DNA of 64,000 nucleotides from NCBI GenBank assembly GCA_000165345.1, contig CM000434.1, positions 512,001 to 576,000 of the forward strand, read 5' to 3'. Shown piece by piece: positions 60,584 to 64,000 of this stretch (position 1 is its first letter; each line of letters starts with the position of its first letter). The notes under the pieces were generated by a model. It saw only the letters and a program-made list of their open reading frames with translations, ran no database searches and was not told where the DNA came from. The position numbers and the translations under genes were made by a program.

Positions 60584-63289
60584 TCACTTTGATTTATTAG
60601 GTGAATACCCAGATAATTTTTTGCATGCTTCTGGCGCAGGTCTCTCGCACTGTTCAAGCTCCCAAATTGCGGTAGCATATTCTTCGATTGTTCTATCAGT
60701 CGAGAATTTTCCCATAGATGAGGCAGCCTTGATGCAAGTCTTAACCCATGTAGTTTGGTCTCTGTATGCTTGATCAACTCTCATTTGCGCGTCACAGTAA
60801 AGTGGGAAATCATGGCATACCAAGTAGAAGTCGCCAATTTGGCCTTCACCGTTAGAACAGATTTTATTCACAATTTCACAGAATTCTCCTTGAGCCTTTC
60901 CGTCACCAAGCATGATCCCTCCTGTTCTAATAAAGTTGAATACATCATGTAGCCTCTGATCAATTGGGTAGTTTCCTTCTCTAGCTCTATTTCTAATGTG
61001 TTCAACTTCTTGTTCTAAAGCACCAAAAATGAACATTGTTTCGTTTCCGCACTCTTCACGAATTTCAACGTTGGCACCATCAAGAGTACCAATGATCAAT
61101 CCGCCGTTCATTACAAACTTCATATTACTTGTCCCAGAAGCTTCAGTACCAGCTGTTGAAATATGTTGTGAGATATCAGATGCCGGAATAATAATTTGGG
61201 CATTACTGACATTGTAGTTTGGCAAGAAGACACACATTAAGTAATCTTTTGTATCTGGGTCATTGTTGATTATTACTGATAGGTTATTCATCATTTTTAT
61301 TGCAGTTTTAGCCGTAGCATACCCAGGCGCAGCCTTTCCTCCAAAGAAACAGCATCTTGGTACGAATTTCTTTCTTTCTTCAGGTGAGATATGCTTTAAT
61401 GTAAGATATCTGTGAATAATGTAGAACAAGTTAAGTAGTTGTCGTTTATATTCATGGATTCTCTTGACTTGTATATCAAAAAGCATACTTGTGCTTACTT
61501 TGTATCCTGTATTGATTTCAACCCACTTAGCAAGTCTCTCCTTATTACTCAGTTTTACCTCTGCCCATTCTTTCTGAAGAGATAAATCATCAATATTGTT
61601 TTGTAAACTTCTAATCATATCGAAGTTAGTTAGCCAGCTATCGGATCCTAACCAGTTGGAAATTAAATGAGAAAGTTTTGGATTTGCGCAGTTTACCCAT
61701 CTTCTTGGAGTAACACCATTTGTAACATTGATAAACTTGTCATTGATTCCCTTGCGTCTGTAATATTCGACAAAATCTGAAAACAAATCCTTTTTAACTA
61801 TTTCACTATGAATAACTGCAACGCCATTGACTTTCCTGCATCCAATAACTGCTAAGTTTGCCATCCTTATTTTCTTGTCCCACCCCTCTTCATAAATAGA
61901 CATTTTTGAAATCCATGGCCCATCTCCCAAGACAGCTCTTACATCGTTCAAAAATCTATAATTGATTTCGTTGATTATCATCAAATGTCTGGGGAGTAGT
62001 TTGCTAAACAGGCTTGAGCTCCACTTTTCTAAGGCCTCTGGTAAAACAGTATGATTTGTATAATTAAAGCACTCACTAGTAATATTCCAGGCAAAATCCC
62101 AATCTAGCTCTTCAACATCTATCAAAATACGCATCATTTCTGCTACAGCGATAGTCGGATGAGTGTCATTGAGTTGGCATGAGACTTTTTTAGGTAGTTC
62201 GCTCCAATCTACCTTTCCTGATTTCTTGAATCTTCTCAAAATATCTTGAATCGTTGCGCATACAAAGAAGTATTGTTGTTTGAGTCTAAGCTCTTTTCCT
62301 TGTTCAGTGTTATCATTTGGGTATAATACCGAAGTAATGTACTCTGCTCTTTGTCTGGCGCAAACGGCATCAACATACTTACCTTCATTGAAAGCATTGA
62401 AGTCGAACTCTCTTGAAGGAGTTGCCTTCCAAAGACGTAAGTTAATACAATTGTAGGTATCAAAGCCTGGAATTGGATTATCATATGCAACTGCCTGAAT
62501 TACTTCGCCATCAACCCATCTGAACTTCTTTTTCCCATGCTCTTCAAATTCACGTACGTGACCATAAAATCGAACGCCATATGTTACATCCTGACGTTCA
62601 ATTTCCCATGGATTAGACTGCACAAGCCAGTAATCTGGGTGTTCAAACTGTCGGCCTTGAACGATTTTTTGCTCAAAAATACCATAAGTATATCTAATGC
62701 CATATCCCCATCCGGCATAATTCTTTGTAGCAAGTGAATCCAAAAAACAAGCCGCAAGCCTTCCTAGTCCTCCATTTCCAAGGGCAGCATCATGTTCATT
62801 ATCATACAGTGCTTCAAGATTATACCCTAAGTCAAACAGAGATTTTCTGTAATTTTCTTCAATGTCCAAGTTAACGAGAGCGTTTTGCATGGCTCTTCCG
62901 AGCAAAAATTCTAGACTCAAGTAATAGCAACGTTTGCAATCTCTTTCATTAAAGTACTCATTTGTATCATTCAAGTTTTCGATTAGACGATCCCTTATAC
63001 TATAGGCAGTTGCTCTATAAGCAGCATTGTCATCGAAATTGAATCTAGTTCTTGCAAGTGTGTATTCAACATGATTAACTATTGATCTCTGAATGGACTC
63101 AATATCTGTCGGCAGGTAGCTTTCCATTAAGTACCATAACTTCTCTCTTCTTTTGTCTGCAGTTGGATCGAAATCGTCCAAGTACATTCCTGTCATACCT
63201 CTTGGAACAGCCCCTGTCAACTTTGAGAATGAGGCTTTTCTCCTCATCTCAAAGTTGTAGTTATCACGAGTAAATACACTATCTCCCAT
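60584..63289 (-). CDS. alpha-1,4-glucan (glycogen/amylopectin) phosphorylase
   Basis: Full-length GT35 phosphorylase, including the PLP-lysine motif 'EASGTSNMKFVMNGG' and 'GKAAPGYATAK'. It has a true ATG at 63289. Confidence 0.95.
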   Translation of the reverse strand: MGDSVFTRDNYNFEMRRKASFSKLTGAVPRGMTGMYLDDFDPTADKRREKLWYLMESYLPTDIESIQRSIVNHVEYTLARTRFNFDDNAAYRATAYSIRDRLIENLNDTNEYFNERDCKRCYYLSLEFLLGRAMQNALVNLDIEENYRKSLFDLGYNLEALYDNEHDAALGNGGLGRLAACFLDSLATKNYAGWGYGIRYTYGIFEQKIVQGRQFEHPDYWLVQSNPWEIERQDVTYGVRFYGHVREFEEHGKKKFRWVDGEVIQAVAYDNPIPGFDTYNCINLRLWKATPSREFDFNAFNEGKYVDAVCARQRAEYITSVLYPNDNTEQGKELRLKQQYFFVCATIQDILRRFKKSGKVDWSELPKKVSCQLNDTHPTIAVAEMMRILIDVEELDWDFAWNITSECFNYTNHTVLPEALEKWSSSLFSKLLPRHLMIINEINYRFLNDVRAVLGDGPWISKMSIYEEGWDKKIRMANLAVIGCRKVNGVAVIHSEIVKKDLFSDFVEYYRRKGINDKFINVTNGVTPRRWVNCANPKLSHLISNWLGSDSWLTNFDMIRSLQNNIDDLSLQKEWAEVKLSNKERLAKWVEINTGYKVSTSMLFDIQVKRIHEYKRQLLNLFYIIHRYLTLKHISPEERKKFVPRCCFFGGKAAPGYATAKTAIKMMNNLSVIINNDPDTKDYLMCVFLPNYNVSNAQIIIPASDISQHISTAGTEASGTSNMKFVMNGGLIIGTLDGANVEIREECGNETMFIFGALEQEVEHIRNRAREGNYPIDQRLHDVFNFIRTGGIMLGDGKAQGEFCEIVNKICSNGEGQIGDFYLVCHDFPLYCDAQMRVDQAYRDQTTWVKTCIKAASSMGKFSTDRTIEEYATAIWELEQCERPAPEACKKLSGYSPNKSK

Positions 63290-63578
63290 TTTTATTGTAC
63301 TATTTCTGTTGACTTAGTTCAATTAACAATTAAGACTCTAATGTGTACGCCAAATTACTTCAATTGGGCATGCAAAAATATAGTCATCCACTAATTCGAG
63401 ATATGCTCGTATTATGGTTAAAACCGCATAAAAAATGGGTTTGTAATAAATATAAATCCTTTAAAATTTTATAGGAAGCCAACAAGCAACTCTAAATTAC
63501 ATAAGTTGAATGGCCTGAACTCACCTCAAAAAAAAATTTGTAACACATGATCTAATAATTATTGACCGGTGACTCGCA

Positions 63579-63591
63579 TTTGGCGCCATTT
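63579..63591. promoter_or_regulatory. E2F-like palindrome TTTGGCGCCATTT about 125 bp upstream of RPL21
   Basis: A GGCGCC core with T and A flanks in an AT-rich spacer. Confidence 0.45.
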
Positions 63592-63711
63592 AGGTACGTG
63601 TAGCAACAAACTGGCCATTTGTGTCTTCGCGTCTCTAAACAATAATTTTAAGGGTAACCGATTAACGAGTTAAACTCTGTTGATTTTTTTTTTGGATTTA
63701 AGTAACTCAAG

Positions 63712-64000
63712 ATGCCTCATTCATTTGGTAAGAGAGCAAGAACTCGCTCAAAGTTCTCCAAGGGATTCAGACAGAAGGGTGTTCCCATGTTGTCAAGATA
63801 TTTGAAACCCATTAAGGTTGGAGATTATGTTGATATTGTTGTCGACTCCTCTATTCACAAAGGTATGCCATACCATTTCTACCATGGCCGCACCGGTGTT
63901 GTATACAACGTAGCTCCTAGAGCCTTGGGCGTCATTGTTAATAAGGTTGTTGGTAACCGTCAAATTGCCAAGAGAATTAATGTAAGAATCGAGCACGTAA
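63712..64000 (+). CDS. RPL21: 60S ribosomal protein L21 (eL21), 3'-truncated at the window end
   Basis: An ATG at 63712 opens a frame that reads '[96 protein letters not shown]', matching eL21 (KGMPHKCYHGKTGRVYNV...RINVRIEH). It is absent from the ORF track because it runs off the end of the window. Confidence 0.9.
   Translation, partial: MPHSFGKRARTRSKFSKGFRQKGVPMLSRYLKPIKVGDYVDIVVDSSIHKGMPYHFYHGRTGVVYNVAPRALGVIVNKVVGNRQIAKRINVRIEHV

Overview
This is an AT-rich (~30% GC), very gene-dense eukaryotic window: about 35 protein-coding genes in 64 kb, with intergenic spacers of 30-500 bp and short (45-55 nt) GTAAGT...AG introns. It contains an ApiAP2-type transcription factor, a TRAP-like PAN/TSP1 adhesin, a glycogen (amylopectin) phosphorylase, and GGCGC/E2F-like and TGCATGCA promoter motifs. 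Together these point to an apicomplexan nuclear chromosome, most likely Cryptosporidium-like; that is an inference, not a search result. The window is not prokaryotic, so CRISPR arrays or operons are not expected and none were seen.

Recognisable housekeeping genes include RPL11 (uL5), a partial RPL21 (eL21), eIF5B, BTF3/NAC-beta, CutA, a DDX10/Dbp4-type DEAD-box helicase, DNA topoisomerase III, the mRNA capping guanylyltransferase, PHF5A/Rds3, a U1A/U2B''-type snRNP protein, a DPH1/DPH2-family diphthamide protein, Vps33 (Sec1 family), a TBC RabGAP, a Myb factor, an SRR1-like protein, a mitochondrial-carrier pair, and an F-box/LRR protein. The ORF track reports first ATG/GTG/TTG codons, so several listed starts are not real initiation codons; I have corrected these where the downstream ATG was evident.

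Several genes only make sense once spliced, and the exons or introns involved are not in the ORF track: eIF5B exon 1, the capping-enzyme exon 1, the topoisomerase III intron joining two listed ORFs, a PHF5A gene with no listed ORF, the U2B''-like 3' exon, and a small two-exon Lys-rich gene. The RPL21 5' fragment also has no track entry, because it runs off the window end; it is not a splicing case.

No single novel system stands out. The items most worth a second look are a TRAP-family adhesin candidate, a Slo/BK-like RCK-domain fragment at the window start, an AP2+PHD+Tudor-like factor, a divergent tetraspan paralog pair across a 1-kb spacer, and an abutting convergent mitochondrial-carrier pair.

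Caveat on coordinates: intron and exon boundaries that I derived by hand may be off by 1-2 nt. In at least one place my letter-level reading of the sequence disagreed with the ORF track by one base. I could not compute exact GC content or run any searches.
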